A stretch of DNA of 64,000 bases, from positions 13,206,001 through 13,270,000 of the forward strand of contig OZ024765.1 of NCBI GenBank assembly GCA_964016885.1. Reading direction: 5' to 3'. The notes under the pieces are model-generated. The model was not told where the DNA came from and searched no databases. It was given only the letters and a program-made list of their open reading frames with translations. The translations under genes were made by a program, and so were the position numbers. The stretch is from Eledone cirrhosa. Its lineage: Eukaryota. Below are positions 1-12,535 of this stretch, one piece after another. Position 1 is the first letter of the stretch, and each line of letters begins with the position of its first letter.

Positions 1-369
1 AAATGGTAAATTATATTTTATAACTGGTTTTTACTGTGATCTAATTAAATAGAATTCATTACCGATTATCTGTAATGTAAACATATCTTTTTACCTTTAT
101 CACATCTTCCGTATTAAATATGTAAGTCTCAAGTACCTATATTATTGTAAATATATCTCTTTACCTTCATTTCATCAATATATTGTTACATCTTCCGTAT
201 TAAATATGTAAAGTATTATATTTCTATTTTATTGCAAACATATCTCTTTACTTTCACCTTTATATTTTGATATGTTAAGTGAGAAAAATAAAAAAAGAAA
301 CTTTACGAAAGTAATGATGCTGTTTTAATATTTCAAATTCTTCGTTTTCCATTCATCACTCCATTCCAG

Positions 370-411
370 TTTTTGTTATTTCTTACGACTGAACATCAAC
401 AGAAAGACAAG
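370..411 (+). other. Putative 42-bp non-coding exon 2 (copy at 9163-9204 and in the other full units)
   Basis: Pyrimidine tract and TTCCAG| acceptor, AAG|GTTTGT donor, conserved in all seven full units. Confidence 0.55.
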
Positions 412-1769
412 GTTTGTATTTTTAAACTGCAGTCTTATTTAGACTGTATTTACTTATATTTCTACCATGTGATAGGTTTTAGTGTTGCTAATTAGACATC
501 GATATTAATTCTCCACTCTACCACCTGGTCTGAAATTATCGATTAAACAGATTTAATCAACAACATATACTGTCTCTCTACACATATATATGTACATAAG
601 CCGGCGTAATTCTTTATCTCTACTATATATATATAATTCTTTGTCTTGTATTTTTAAATCCCAGTCTTATTTAGGCCGTATATTTCTACCATATCGAGCA
701 AGGCCATTCCCGTAATGGGATCAGGTCCTTGTCTTCTTTCCTACTTATTAACACTTTGGTTTGAAGGAGATTTGTTGTTGATGAAAATTACAGCTACGAT
801 TCTTGTATTTTGTATTTTATTTTTATTATTTCTAATCATCCCACTCTCTCAATTAATGATTGTATTCCTATAATAATATATATTAAAAATGAACTACATG
901 ATGCTTGGTGAGCTGACAGAATGGTGCCATATCCAACCTTCATACCGCCTTTCCATCACATTCCTATCTGTCTGTCTACCTTTCTCATTCTAATGAACTG
1001 AATGGCTTCATTGGGTAGACGCCACCTTCCCATCTTTGCATGACCTGGATAGATGTGGGCTGTATAAGCCACTGGGATGTCGGCTTGTCAAGGAGAACAG
1101 TGACTCTGAATAAAAACTAATATAGGGTGGAGAGGGCCCTTGAGTTTGGTCTGACAACATCTCGAATGTTGGTGGCACCAAGAACACACCCAGTCCACAC
1201 TGCAAAGTGTTTGTGATAGGAAGGGTATCCAGTCAGAAAGTCTCTGCTAAATATGAAAGCAAATATTATATTGCATATATATCTTGGAAGATTGAATTGG
1301 ATTAGTTCCATTGTTCAGGTAAAGTTTTATATTTACAATTTATTAATGTAGAAATATAGTAAAAAATCTCAAGTTTGAATCACTATATTTTATATATCTT
1401 CTGTATGTTAGATAAATATAAACATTTTAAGCAGGATTTTTTAACCATTTAGCATTTAAACTGGCCACATCTGGCCAAAATTTCACCTCTTTCTGTTCAA
1501 ACTGACTGTAAGTGGCTGCTCATACTGATATTAAGGTATTGTTCTCATAGATTTGATATTATGTGAGATAAATCCTTTACCATGAAAATATAATAGTATA
1601 TATAGATTAATATAAATGCTAAAGGGTTGAACATCAAATTGTTACGGGGGTCCACCATAGTAAAATAAGAATCAAAGAGGTCCATAGTTAAAATAAGGTT
1701 GATAACCACTGTTTTGAGTTAGATAAATATAAACACTTTAAACCAGCTTTAAATATCTTGAATATCTTA

Positions 1770-1791
1770 TACTGTTTCTCTATTATTTCAG
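1770..1791 (+). other. Putative splice acceptor of the zinc-finger coding exon
   Basis: CTGTTTCTCTATTATTTCAG| lies ~390 bp upstream of the ATG, is conserved in all full units and is absent from psi-6 and psi-8. Confidence 0.6.
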
Positions 1792-2178
1792 AATATCGGA
1801 TGACATCAACATTAAAGTATTTTCTATACCAGAAACATCAATATTTATTTCACGTTTTAAAGACTATACAGAACACATATGACCTTGTCTATTTATTAAA
1901 TCTGTAAATTACTGTGAAATATTTCATTTCAACTGAGATTATTTCCAACATTTCTCTACTTTACTGTCTGGAATGTGTTGAAGTTGACTTTGTATTGTGA
2001 CTAAATTTGGATAAATTAGATAAATTTACAGAGGAGTTTGTAACATATTTTGACATCAACATCAAAGTTGATGGAAATATAGCAGAAAGAATATTTCTTA
2101 AGAATAAATTATAAAAAAAAGAGGTAAAGTTGGTACAAAAGAATTTAAGACTTACCTGAATACATTGTTGGTGAGGAG

Positions 2179-4230
2179 ATGGCGAATGGACAAGAGGAAT
2201 CACCATACCACTGCAATATCTGTAAAAAGGCATTCTCTCAACAACATAACTTAACTCTTCACAAGCGTGTTCATACTGGAGAGAAACCATATCGCTGTGA
2301 TATCTGTGGTAAATCATTCTCTGTAAAAGATAGATTGGCTCGTCACACACGTACACATACAGGAGAGAAACCATATCATTGTGATGTCTGTGGTAAATTA
2401 TTTTCTCAAAGTAATGAATTGACTGTTCACACACGTACACATACAGGAGAGAAACCATATCATTGTGAAATTTGTGGTAAATCATTCTCTATAAGTAATA
2501 ACTTGACTAGCCACACACGTACACATACAGGAGAGAAACCATATCACTGTGACACCTGTGGTAAATCATTCTCTATAAGCAAAGACTTGACTGTTCACAT
2601 ACGTATACATACAGGAGAAAAACCATATCATTGTGCTATCTGTGGTAAATCTTTCTCTACAAGTCATATATTGACTTGTCACACACGTATTCATACAGGA
2701 GAGAGACCATATCATTGTGATGTCTGTGGTAAAACATTTTCTCAAAGTACTGAATTGACTGTTCACACACGTACACATACGGGGGAGAAACCATATCACT
2801 GTGACATCTGTGGTAAATCATTCTCTACAAGTAATAACTTGACTAGCCACACACGTATACATACAGGAGAGAAACCATATTACTGTGATATCTGTGGTAA
2901 ATCATTCTCTACAAGTAATAGCTTGACTAGTCACACACGTACACATACAGGAGAGAAACCATATCACTGTGAAATCTGTGGTAAATCATTCTCTAGAAAT
3001 GGTGAGTTAACTATTCATAAACATATACATACAAAAGAGAAACCATATCGCTGTGACACCTGTGGTAAATCATTCTGTACAAGTCATACCTTGACTATTC
3101 ACATACGTACACATACAGGAGAAAAACCATACCATTGTGATATCTGTGGTAAATCATTCTCTAGAAATGGTCACTTAACTATTCATAAACGTATACATAC
3201 AGGAGAGAAACCATATCATTGTGAGATCTGTGGTAAATCATTCTCTGGTAGTGCTGACCTGACTTCTCACACACGTACACACAGAGGAGAGAAACAATAT
3301 GATTGTGCTATCTGTAGCAAATCATTCTCTACAAGTTATATATTGACTCGTCACACACGTACACATACGGGAGAGAAACCATATCATTGTGATGTCTGTG
3401 GTAAATCATTTTATCAAAGTAATGAATTGACTGTTCACACACGTACACATACGGGGGAGAAACCATATCACTGTGACATCTGTGGTAAGTCATTCTCTAC
3501 AAGTAATAACTTGACTAGCCACACACGTACACATACGGGGGAGAAACCATATCACTGTGACACCTGTGGTAAATCATTCTCTATAAGCAAAGACTTGACT
3601 GTTCACATACGTACACATACAGGAGAAAAACCATATCATTGTGATATCTGTGGTAAATCATTCTCTACAAGTAATATATTGACTTGTCACACGCGTACAC
3701 ATACAAGAGAGAAACCATATCATTGTGATGTCTGTGGTAAATCATTTTCTCAAAGTAATGAATTGACTGTTCACACACGTACACATACGGGGGAGAAACC
3801 ATATCACTGTGACATCTGTGGTAAATCATTCTCTAGAAATGGTGACTTAACTATTCATAAACGTATACATACAGGAGAGAAACCATATCACTGTGACACC
3901 TGTGGTAAATCATTCTCTATAAGCAAAAACTTGACTCGTCACACACGTATACATACAGGAGAAAAACCATATCATTGTGATATCTGTGGTAAATCATTAT
4001 CTACAAGTCATAACTTGACTATTCACACACGTATTCATACAGGAGAGAAACCATACCACTGTGAAATCTGTGGTAAATCATTCTCTAGAAATGGTGACCT
4101 AACTACTCATAAACGGATACATACAGGAGAAAAACCATATCATTGTGATATCTGTGGTAAATCATTCTCTATAAGTAATAACTTGACTCGTCACACACGT
4201 ATACATACAGGAGAGAAACTACATCCCTAA
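2179..4230 (+). CDS. C2H2 zinc-finger protein ZNF-1, 683 aa, 24 fingers (subtype A)
   Basis: 9-aa leader followed by 24 x 28-aa CxxC-x12-HxxxH repeats with TGEKP linkers. Ends KLHP* at a 2-bp deletion. Confidence 0.93.
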   Translation: MANGQEESPYHCNICKKAFSQQHNLTLHKRVHTGEKPYRCDICGKSFSVKDRLARHTRTHTGEKPYHCDVCGKLFSQSNELTVHTRTHTGEKPYHCEICGKSFSISNNLTSHTRTHTGEKPYHCDTCGKSFSISKDLTVHIRIHTGEKPYHCAICGKSFSTSHILTCHTRIHTGERPYHCDVCGKTFSQSTELTVHTRTHTGEKPYHCDICGKSFSTSNNLTSHTRIHTGEKPYYCDICGKSFSTSNSLTSHTRTHTGEKPYHCEICGKSFSRNGELTIHKHIHTKEKPYRCDTCGKSFCTSHTLTIHIRTHTGEKPYHCDICGKSFSRNGHLTIHKRIHTGEKPYHCEICGKSFSGSADLTSHTRTHRGEKQYDCAICSKSFSTSYILTRHTRTHTGEKPYHCDVCGKSFYQSNELTVHTRTHTGEKPYHCDICGKSFSTSNNLTSHTRTHTGEKPYHCDTCGKSFSISKDLTVHIRTHTGEKPYHCDICGKSFSTSNILTCHTRTHTREKPYHCDVCGKSFSQSNELTVHTRTHTGEKPYHCDICGKSFSRNGDLTIHKRIHTGEKPYHCDTCGKSFSISKNLTRHTRIHTGEKPYHCDICGKSLSTSHNLTIHTRIHTGEKPYHCEICGKSFSRNGDLTTHKRIHTGEKPYHCDICGKSFSISNNLTRHTRIHTGEKLHP

Positions 4231-5229
4231 CATCTGTGGTAAATCATTCCCTCAAAATGATGAATTGACTTGTCACACACGTACACATACAAGAGAGAAA
4301 CCATATCATTGTGATATCTGTGGTAAATCATTCTCTCGGAGTAGTGAATTTACTGTTCACAAATGTATTTATACAAGAGGGAATACTCCAGTTGAGTCAA
4401 CAGCGTGACAGCCTTTCTAACGTTTGTCATGTACTTGATAAATGCAGCCACTACATGCTTTAAAGTTGTTGATACAAAGTGAATCCAGTTGTAGAAAGCT
4501 GGTCAACCAAAGAGGATCCTTCAGTTATTTCAAAGACATTACAACCTCTCTCATGATGTCGACACAAAAAAATACACTCTGTAAAATTTTGTAAGCTATA
4601 TAAGTGAGATGCTGATCCCTGGCCAATCTGGGAAGTCAGTAGGTCTACGTTAGTACTGAGTTTGTCTGTGAAAACCCGTCCAACTCTTGCTAGCAGGGAA
4701 ATTAGAGATGAAATGTTGATGATTAAGATTATGGTGGTCTATAACTTGTAGAAGATTATCAAACTGCTCCTGCCATCCACTTCCTCTTCACCCTCTACCA
4801 CTCACCTTCCTGTCTGTCCCTTCCTATTCAACTTATTTCCCTTCTCACTCTCCTGTCTCATTCAACTCTGTCCCGTCTCCTGCTTCAATCAACTCTGCTA
4901 AACGTTATTTTATTAAAATTTATCTAGAGAAAAGAAAGCAAAGAAAAAATTAACTTTTTCGAAACATTTTTTTTCTTTAATTTCTTGCTTGAAATGTTGA
5001 TGGTTATTCCAAGAGTAAAACCCTACCAAGTACCTTGTGAGGTTTTTGAAAATTAAATTTTGTTAAAATTTATAAGAATCTGTATTATTCTGTGTTGGTT
5101 TTTCATATTTTGTTTTTGTTGGTTTTCCTTATCTTTGTATCGAAATACAGTCAAGATTTAAAGAAATGAAAGTAATATTTGTTTTCAAGAAGAATTTTAA
5201 TAGATATTAGAGTATGTTATATGTTGTGA

Positions 5230-5555
5230 TTTCGCAGTGAAAGGAAGCTACAGTAGAGGAAGACCTGGGCAGAACTGGTGGGAGTTGAACCTGAAATGCT
5301 GAACTTAACAAAGGAGTGCAGTAGCAGGAAAGATGTGCTGGAAAAGACCTGTCCAATGTATTTAATCATGGAAAGGTAGACATAAAAGTATGATGATGAT
5401 GATGATGCTGTAAGAGGTTTTTTTCATCTTCACATTCCCAAACCATATCACTGTAGCAGGAGTATGGACCTATATCAGTTTCAACAACAAGTATTCCAGT
5501 TGTTTGATCAACAGAACAGCCTGCTTATGAAATTAACATGAAAGTGGCAAGCAAT
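5230..5555 (+). mobile_element. Decayed RTE-like 3' end with (ATG)n tail followed by a Ceph-domain-like SINE fragment (repeated in A/B-type flanks)
   Basis: GGAAAGGTAGACATAAAAGT(ATG)n resembles the SINE-A tail. CCAGTTG..GATCAAC.GAACAGCCTGCT..TGAAATTAAC resembles cephalopod SINE sequence from memory. Confidence 0.45.
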
Positions 5556-5589
5556 CTTGTGCTAAAGAAAGGTCTAAAGTCTGTCTGAA

Positions 5590-6232
5590 GCCGGGAGGCA
5601 AAGGCCAGTGTTTCTCTCAGTTTTTGTGGTGCTAAGTCGCCAAGGTTAATCCTGCCACCTGAATGCAGGTTGCTTTGCCTTATTATTATATGGGCACTAG
5701 CTTGGGTAAATATCTGCTCAGTTCTGGGTATGGCTGCATTATCGAGAAGTGATGAAAAAAAAACAGCTGACTTTACATTTTGTTTCTGGGTAAGAGACAG
5801 GTGTTTTATCTGGGACACTATAGTCAGTGACACTTTTGCTCCTTCCCACATCATGGATGCTGTGGTAAATGTAAGGGTCAATGCTTCCATTGCCTAATGG
5901 AATAAAATCCTAAATTACTGGGAGCTATTGGACAATTATTTCTTCCAGCCTGTGGTATTTAAGACGTTTTGAGGAGCTGGGCTGCTGACGGCAAAATACT
6001 TGTCATTGCTGGTCGCTCGGGGTGTCAGGTGATACCCATGAGGGCGCCGAGTTGTTCCTAGACCTTGGTCTTACCTTACCAAGGTGTCGGGTAATACCAT
6101 TGAGGGTAACGAATTGTTCCTGCCCCTTAGCCTTGACTTACTGTTGTGTCAGTTTATAACTTTGAAGGTGCTGGGTCGTTCCAGCACCTTAGCCATGCCA
6201 TCACCCGTGCTAATGCTGCCAGCATATTGGTT
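5590..6232 (+). mobile_element. Decayed CRE-clade non-LTR retrotransposon, restriction-like endonuclease C-terminus
   Basis: Frameshifted translation across copies reads LSRGDEKKPDGFT..W.RGR.FIWD....DTFAPSH / YFFQPVVF.T / FQHLSHAITRANAASIL, matching the recalled CRE PD..D endonuclease motifs. Confidence 0.7.
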
Positions 6233-6502
6233 TACTTTAAACATTTCCTTTGACACTTGTGATTTTCTGTGGGATAGATTGTCGCATTTGGGAGTGAATT
6301 GATGGTAGGTTTTGTTTTTGTCACTCCACTTTTGTTTAATTTCCACTCCTCCTTCTTTCACTCTTATTGTGTATTTTGGTGCGTTGTATTTGTGAGGTTC
6401 CTAGCAATGGTTAATTGTATTTTTTATATGTGTTTATATTTTCATTCTAATGGAATTGTGAACACTTTGTAATAATTTTTTAATCCAAATAAAATTTTAA
6501 CA

Positions 6503-8334
6503 TCTATATATCTAAAACAGAGAATGTCTGTCTGTCTGACTCCCTAAAACTCGAGAACCACCGAACCGATTGTTTTCAAACTTTACACATCTCATACTTA
6601 TAGTCCTGTGAGTGTTTTGAGCAAAAACAATTTCAAATTTTCAATGCCCTAGGGACTGCATTAGGCGATTTCGCGATCTCTCTCTATAATTCTTAGTCTT
6701 GCTTTTTAGATAGATACATAGATACAACGTTGTGCCCTTATAGTATGTCTGGCTGTCTGCATTACGGCATTATAACTTCACTATCCGTGTGTGTGTGTAT
6801 ATATATCTATATATAGTGTGTGTATATATGTGTGTGTAACGTTTTTCGAAATATTTACTTTTGCATTCACAGATTGATTTTTTTAGTTTCAGAAGATCCC
6901 GTTAAGGGTGAAAGCAGCGATTCTTTGCTTAAACTTTAATCTGTTATTTTAATATAACGTTATTTGCCTATAATGATAACCTGTTATCCCGTATATATAG
7001 GGACAGTAGCCCCGCCACACCGAGCCCACGGTAAACCACCCCCTACACTTTCACCACCCTTACCCCTACCTCAATCGACTCCTATGGCAGCACAGACATG
7101 CATATATCCATACATAGATCCAGTTATTTAAGATTCTACATGCACTGATACTTACATATGTGTGTGTGTGTGCGAGTATATATATACATTTATATATGTG
7201 GGTGGGTGTGTGTGTGTTTGTATAATCTGTGTGTGAATAGGGGATGCACCTGGGCCCGTGTTGGTGCGTGTGGGCTTGCAACGATGTGGGTTGACATACA
7301 CGCATATGTACTCTATGCTGAATTAAAAACTGTAGTCCTCTGCATTTCCTGATTTTGACACTCAGGTTATGGTGTTTTACACTCCACTCTTGCCTCATTT
7401 GCTCTTAAAACGCACCACCCCATGATAGTGTAAAGATCGTAATCCTTTGCATTTCCTGATTCTGACACATAGCCTTTATACTTCAGTCAATATTTTCCAA
7501 ATCTTTAAAACTTTTATATTGGCTATAACACACCCTCATTTTATTCTTCTTTGATATTTGATATTGGCTATAACAAACACGCATTTTATTCCATTTTATT
7601 CCATTTATTTATTTAGTATTTTACTTCATTTTATTGAATCGTATCTTATTATTTTATTATTTATTTTATCTAATTTTTTTTATATTTGATTTCTTCATTT
7701 TACCTTATCTTATTCCATTATCTGTTTGGCACCCCCCACCATGTGAAAGGGTTGTAGGATTGATGCCAACCCACACACACTCATTATTCTAAAGACAGCA
7801 GCAGTAGAACTAAGGCTGACCCCCTAATACCAATAAACACAAGGGAGGAGGTCAGCTGTACTTAACAAAAACAACCACAACAGATTGTCTTGCCTCATAA
7901 AAAAATTATTTTATGGACGAATATGGCTTAGTGGTTAGAGCATTGGCCTTGCAATCGAAAGGTTGTGAGTTCAATTCTCAGACCGAGTGATGTGTTGTTT
8001 CCTTGAGCAAGACACTTTATTTCACATTGCTTCAGTTTACTCAGCTGTAGAAATGAGATGATATGGACTGGGGTCCAATTCATTCCAATGCAAAGTGGTC
8101 GTGGAGGTGCCACGGCAAAAAGCACCCAGCACTCACTGTAAATGAGGTAGGTGTTAGGAAGGGCATCCAGCTGTAGAAATCAAGCCAGAATCAGTTCCCG
8201 TCCCACCCTTGCAAGCAGGGAAAAGTGGACGTAAAATGTAATGATGATGAATGATGATATATAATTATATATTCGTGTACAGATAAGGATAAGTAAATAT
8301 TGAACACTAGAGCAACGCCGGGCCATTTTGTTAG
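6503..8334 (+). mobile_element. Non-autonomous Helitron-like element, copy 1 (terminator hairpin partly deleted)
   Basis: A|TCTATATATCTAAAA...GTCTGTCTGTCT...AAAACTCGAGAACC...AACCGATT 5' end typical of non-autonomous Helitrons. 3' end GCAACGCCGGGC...GTTAG|T (TTAG rather than CTAG). No TSD. Confidence 0.65.
7914..8258 (+). mobile_element. tRNA-derived SINE family A
   Basis: A box TGGCTTAGTGG, B box GAGTTCAATTC, CCTTGAGCAAGACACTT central domain and RTE-like tail ending (ATG)n. Confidence 0.85.
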
Positions 8335-8410
8335 TCATATATAAAAGAAAAAATATTTTTAAAAGAGTTATTTCACGAGAAATATTGTTAAATACAAAGA
8401 TGTTCACTGT

Positions 8411-8443
8411 CGGCCATTGTTTCGTACACAGCTCTATTAAATG
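8411..8443 (+). promoter_or_regulatory. Putative TSS / non-coding exon 1 with YY1-like GCCATT motif (copies at 16805, 24318, 26129, 35101, 44778, 53409; donor also at base 6)
   Basis: Conserved CGGCCATTGTTTCG followed by a splice-donor-like G|GTAAAT. Inferred from motifs only. Confidence 0.5.
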
Positions 8444-8750
8444 GTAAATTATATTTTGTAACTGGTTTTTACTGTGATCTAATTAAATAGAATTCATTAC
8501 TGATTATCTGTATAAAAATGCAGATACAACATTAATATGTTTAAGCTAGCAACATTAATCAACGTTTGTTTTAACATCTAGATATCTTGAAGCTGTCATT
8601 CATTGTCCTGTTTGTCTTAAGTTCTGACAATTTCAACATATTGTCACATCTTACGTTTTAAATACGAAAGTATTTTACATCTATATTATTGTAAACATAT
8701 CTTTTTACCTTTATCACATCTTCCGTATTAAATATGTAAGTATCATGTAC

Positions 8751-8940
8751 GGCGGTGGATTGGCAGTATCGGTAGAGGGTCGGACGCCATGCTTTCCAGC
8801 ATAGTTACGTCCCTTTATGATCTGAGTTCAAATCCCGCCGAGGTTGACTTTGCCTTTCATCCTCACGGGGTCGATAAAATAAAGTACCAGTAATGCACTG
8901 TTTAATTGCTGGCCTTGTGCCTAAAGTAGAAACAATTATT
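8751..8940 (+). mobile_element. tRNA-derived SINE family B (Deu/Nin-like domain), specific to unit 2
   Basis: GGCGG..TGGCAG head, GAGTTCAAATCC B box and GCCTTTCATCCT..GGGGTCGATAAAATAAAGTACCAG. The site is empty in other units. Confidence 0.85.
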
Positions 8941-10975
8941 GTAAATATATCTCTTTACCTTCATTTCTTCAATATATTGTTACTTCTTCCATATTAAATA
9001 TGTAAAGTATTATATTTCTATTTTATTGCAAACATATCTCTTTACTTTCACCTTTATATTTTGATATGTTCAGTGAGAAAAATAAAAAAAGAAACTTTAC
9101 GAAAGTAATGATGCTGTTTTCATACTTCAAATCTTCGTTTTCCACTCATCACTCCATTCCAGTTTTTGTTATTTCTTACGACTTAACATCGACAGAAAGA
9201 TAAGGTTTGTAATTTTAAACTGCAGTCTTATTTAGACTGTATTTACTTATATTTCTACCATGTGATAGGTTTTAGTGTTGCTAATTAGACATCGATATTA
9301 ATTCTCCACTCTACCACCTGGTCTGAAATTATCGATTAAACAGATTTGATCAACAACATATACTGTCTCTCTACATATATATATGTACATAAGCCGGCGT
9401 AATTCTTTATTTCTACTTTATATATATATAATTCTTTGTCTTGTATTTTTAAACCCCAGTCTTATTTAGGCCGTATATTTCTACCATATCGAGCAAGGCC
9501 ATTCCCGTAATGGGATCAGGTCCTTGTTTTCTTTCCTACTTATTAACACTTTGGTTTGAAGGAGATTTGTTGTTGATGAAAATTACAGCTACGATTCTTG
9601 TATTTTGTATTTTATTTTTATTATTTCTAATCATCCCACTCTCTCAATTAATGATTGTATTCCTATAATAATATATATTAAAAATGAACTACATGATACT
9701 TGGTGAGCTGACAGAATGGTGCCATATCCAACCTTCATACCGCCTTTCCATCACATTCCTATCTGTCTGTCTACCTTTCTCATTCTAATGAACTGAATGG
9801 CTTCATTGGGTAGACGCCACCTTCCCATCTTTGCATGACCTGGATAGATGTGGGCTGTATAAGCCACTAGAATGTCAGCTTATCAAGGAGAACAGTGACT
9901 CTGAATAAAAACTAATATAGGGTGGAGAGGGCCCTTGAGTTTGGTCTGACAACATCTTGAATGTTGGTGGCACCAAGAACACACCCAGTCCACACTGCAA
10001 AGTGTTTGTGATAGGAAGGGTATCCAGTCAGAAAGTCTCTGCTAAATATGAAAGCAAATATTATATTGCATATATATCTTGGAAGATTGAATTGGATTAG
10101 TTCCATTGTTCAGGTAAAGTTTTATATTTACAATTTATTAATGTAGAAATATAGTAAAAAATCTCAAGTTTGAATCACTATATTTTATATATCTTCTATA
10201 TGTTAGATAAATATAAACATTTTAAGCAGGATTTTTTAACCATTTAGCATTTAAACTGGCCATATCTGGCCAAAATCTCACCTCTTTCTGTTCAAACTGA
10301 CTGTAAGTGGCTGCTCATACTGATATTAAGGTATTGTTCTCATAGATTTGATATTATGTGAGATAAATCCTTTACCATGAAAATATAATAGTATATATAG
10401 ATTAATGTAAATGCTAAAGGGTTGAACATCAAATTGTTACGGGGGTCCACCATAGTAAAATAAGAATCAAAGAGGTCCATAGGTAAAATAAGGTTGATAA
10501 CCACTGTTTTGTGATAGATAAATATAAACACTTTAAACCAGCTTTAAATATCCTTAATATCTTATACTGTTTCTCTATTATTTCAGAATATCGGATGACA
10601 TCAACATTAAAGTATTTTCTATACCAGAAACATCAATATTTATTTCACATGTTTTAAAGACTATACAGAACACATATGACCTTGTCTATTTATTAAATCT
10701 GTAAATTACTGTGAAATATTTCATTTCAACTGAGATTATTTCCAACATTTCTCTACTTTACTGTCTGGAATGTGTTGAAGTTGACTTTGTATTGTGACTA
10801 AATTTGGATAAATTAGATAAATTTACAAGGGAGTTTGTAACATATTTTGACATCAACATCAAAGTTGATGGAAATATAGCAGAAAGAATATTTCTTAAGA
10901 ATAAATTATAAAAAAAAGAGGTAAAGTTGGTACAAAAGAATTTAAGACTTACCTGAATACATTGTTGGTGAAGAG

Positions 10976-12535
10976 ATGGCGAATGGACAAGAGGAATCAC
11001 CATACCACTGCAATATCTGTAAAAAGGCATTCTCTCAACAACATAACTTAACTCTTCACAAGCGTGTTCATACAGGAGAGAAACCATATCGCTGTGATAT
11101 CTGTGGTAAATCATTCTCTGTAAAAGATAGATTGGCTCGTCACACACGTACACATACAGGAGAGAAACCATATTACTGTGATGTGTGTGGTAAATCATTC
11201 TCTAGAAGTAATGACTTGACTAGTCACAAACTTACACATACAGGAGAGAAACCATATCACTGTCATATCTGTGGTAAATCATTCTCTAGAAATGGTGAGT
11301 TAACTATTCATAAACATATACATACAAAAGAGAAACCATATCGCTGTGACACCTGTGGTAAATCATTCTGTACAAGTCATACCTTGACTATTCACATACG
11401 TACACATACAGGAGAAAAGCCATACCACTGTGATATCTGTGGTAAATCATTCTCTAGAAATGGTCACTTAACTATTCATAAACGTATACATACAGGAGAG
11501 AAACCATATCATTGTGAGATCCGTGGTAAATCATTCTCTGGTAGTGCTGACCTGACTTCTCACACACGTACACACAGAGGAGAGAAACAATATGATTGTG
11601 CTATCTGTAGCAAATCATTCTCTACAAGTCATATATTGACTGTTCACACACGTACACATACGGGGGAGAAACCATATCATTGTGAAATCTGTGGTAAATC
11701 ATTCTCTATAAGTAATAACTTGACTATCCACACACGTACACATACAGGAGAGAAACCATATCATTGTGAAATCTGTGGTAAATCATTCTCTACAAGTAAT
11801 AAATTGACTGTTCACACACGTACACATACGGGGGAGAAACCATATCATTGTGAAATCTGTGGTAAATCATTCTCTACAAGTCATATATTGACTTGTCACA
11901 CACGTACACATACAGGAGAGAAACCATATCACTGTGACACCTGTGGTAAATCATTCTCTATGAGCCATGACTTGACTGTTCACATACGTTCACATACAGG
12001 AGAAAAACCATATCATTGTGATATCTGTGGTAAGTCATTCTCTACAAGTAATGTATTGACTTGTCACACACGTATACATACAAGAGAGAAACCATATCAT
12101 TGTGATGTCTGTGGTAAATCATTCTCTGGAAGAGCTAACCTGACTGCTCACACACGTACACATACGGGGGAGAAACCATATCACTGTGAAATGTGTGGTA
12201 AATCATTCTCTAGAAATGGTGACTTAACTATTCATAAACGTATACATACAGGAGAGAAACCATATCACTGTGACACCTGTGGTAAATCATTCTCTGAAAG
12301 CAAAAGCTTGACTCGTCACACACGTATACATACAGGAGAAAAACCATATCATTGTACTATCTGTGGTAAATCATTCTCTACAAGTAATGTATTGACTTGT
12401 CACACACGTACACATACAGGAGAGAAACCATATCATTGTGATATCTGTGGTAAATCATTCTCTCGGAGTAGTGAATTTACTGTTCACAAATGTATTTATA
12501 CAAGAGGGAATACTCCAGTTGAGTCAACAGCATGA
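10976..12535 (+). CDS. C2H2 zinc-finger protein ZNF-2, 519 aa, 18 repeats (subtype B)
   Basis: Tandem fingers. Finger 7 has C>R (CEIR) and the last repeat lacks its second His (HKCIY). Ends [11 protein letters not shown]. Confidence 0.93.
   Translation: MANGQEESPYHCNICKKAFSQQHNLTLHKRVHTGEKPYRCDICGKSFSVKDRLARHTRTHTGEKPYYCDVCGKSFSRSNDLTSHKLTHTGEKPYHCHICGKSFSRNGELTIHKHIHTKEKPYRCDTCGKSFCTSHTLTIHIRTHTGEKPYHCDICGKSFSRNGHLTIHKRIHTGEKPYHCEIRGKSFSGSADLTSHTRTHRGEKQYDCAICSKSFSTSHILTVHTRTHTGEKPYHCEICGKSFSISNNLTIHTRTHTGEKPYHCEICGKSFSTSNKLTVHTRTHTGEKPYHCEICGKSFSTSHILTCHTRTHTGEKPYHCDTCGKSFSMSHDLTVHIRSHTGEKPYHCDICGKSFSTSNVLTCHTRIHTREKPYHCDVCGKSFSGRANLTAHTRTHTGEKPYHCEMCGKSFSRNGDLTIHKRIHTGEKPYHCDTCGKSFSESKSLTRHTRIHTGEKPYHCTICGKSFSTSNVLTCHTRTHTGEKPYHCDICGKSFSRSSEFTVHKCIYTRGNTPVESTA

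Noticed and set aside
3-1803. Spliced 18-codon upstream ORF (MFLLFLTTEHQQKDKNIG) across exons 1-3
   Set aside because: Units 2 and 4 have an internal TAA, unit 4 lacks the ATG, and the exon model is itself inferred.
1961-2799. Minus-strand ORFs with [15 protein letters not shown] repeats overlapping each zinc-finger gene
   Set aside because: They are antisense shadows of the 84-bp finger repeat.
5525-6361. Recurrent 70-121 aa ORFs in each unit
   Set aside because: They are fragments or antisense frames of the decayed CRE remnant and recur only because of recent duplication.
6885-6930. Hammerhead-like CAGAAGA-TCCC-GTTAA-GGGT-GAAA (also at 62380-62415 on the minus strand)
   Set aside because: The core has A in place of U4 and I could not form stems I and III; at best a degenerate relic.
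7914-7990. tRNA-like sequence
   Set aside because: It is a SINE head that continues into SINE body and tail, with no proper acceptor stem or terminator.
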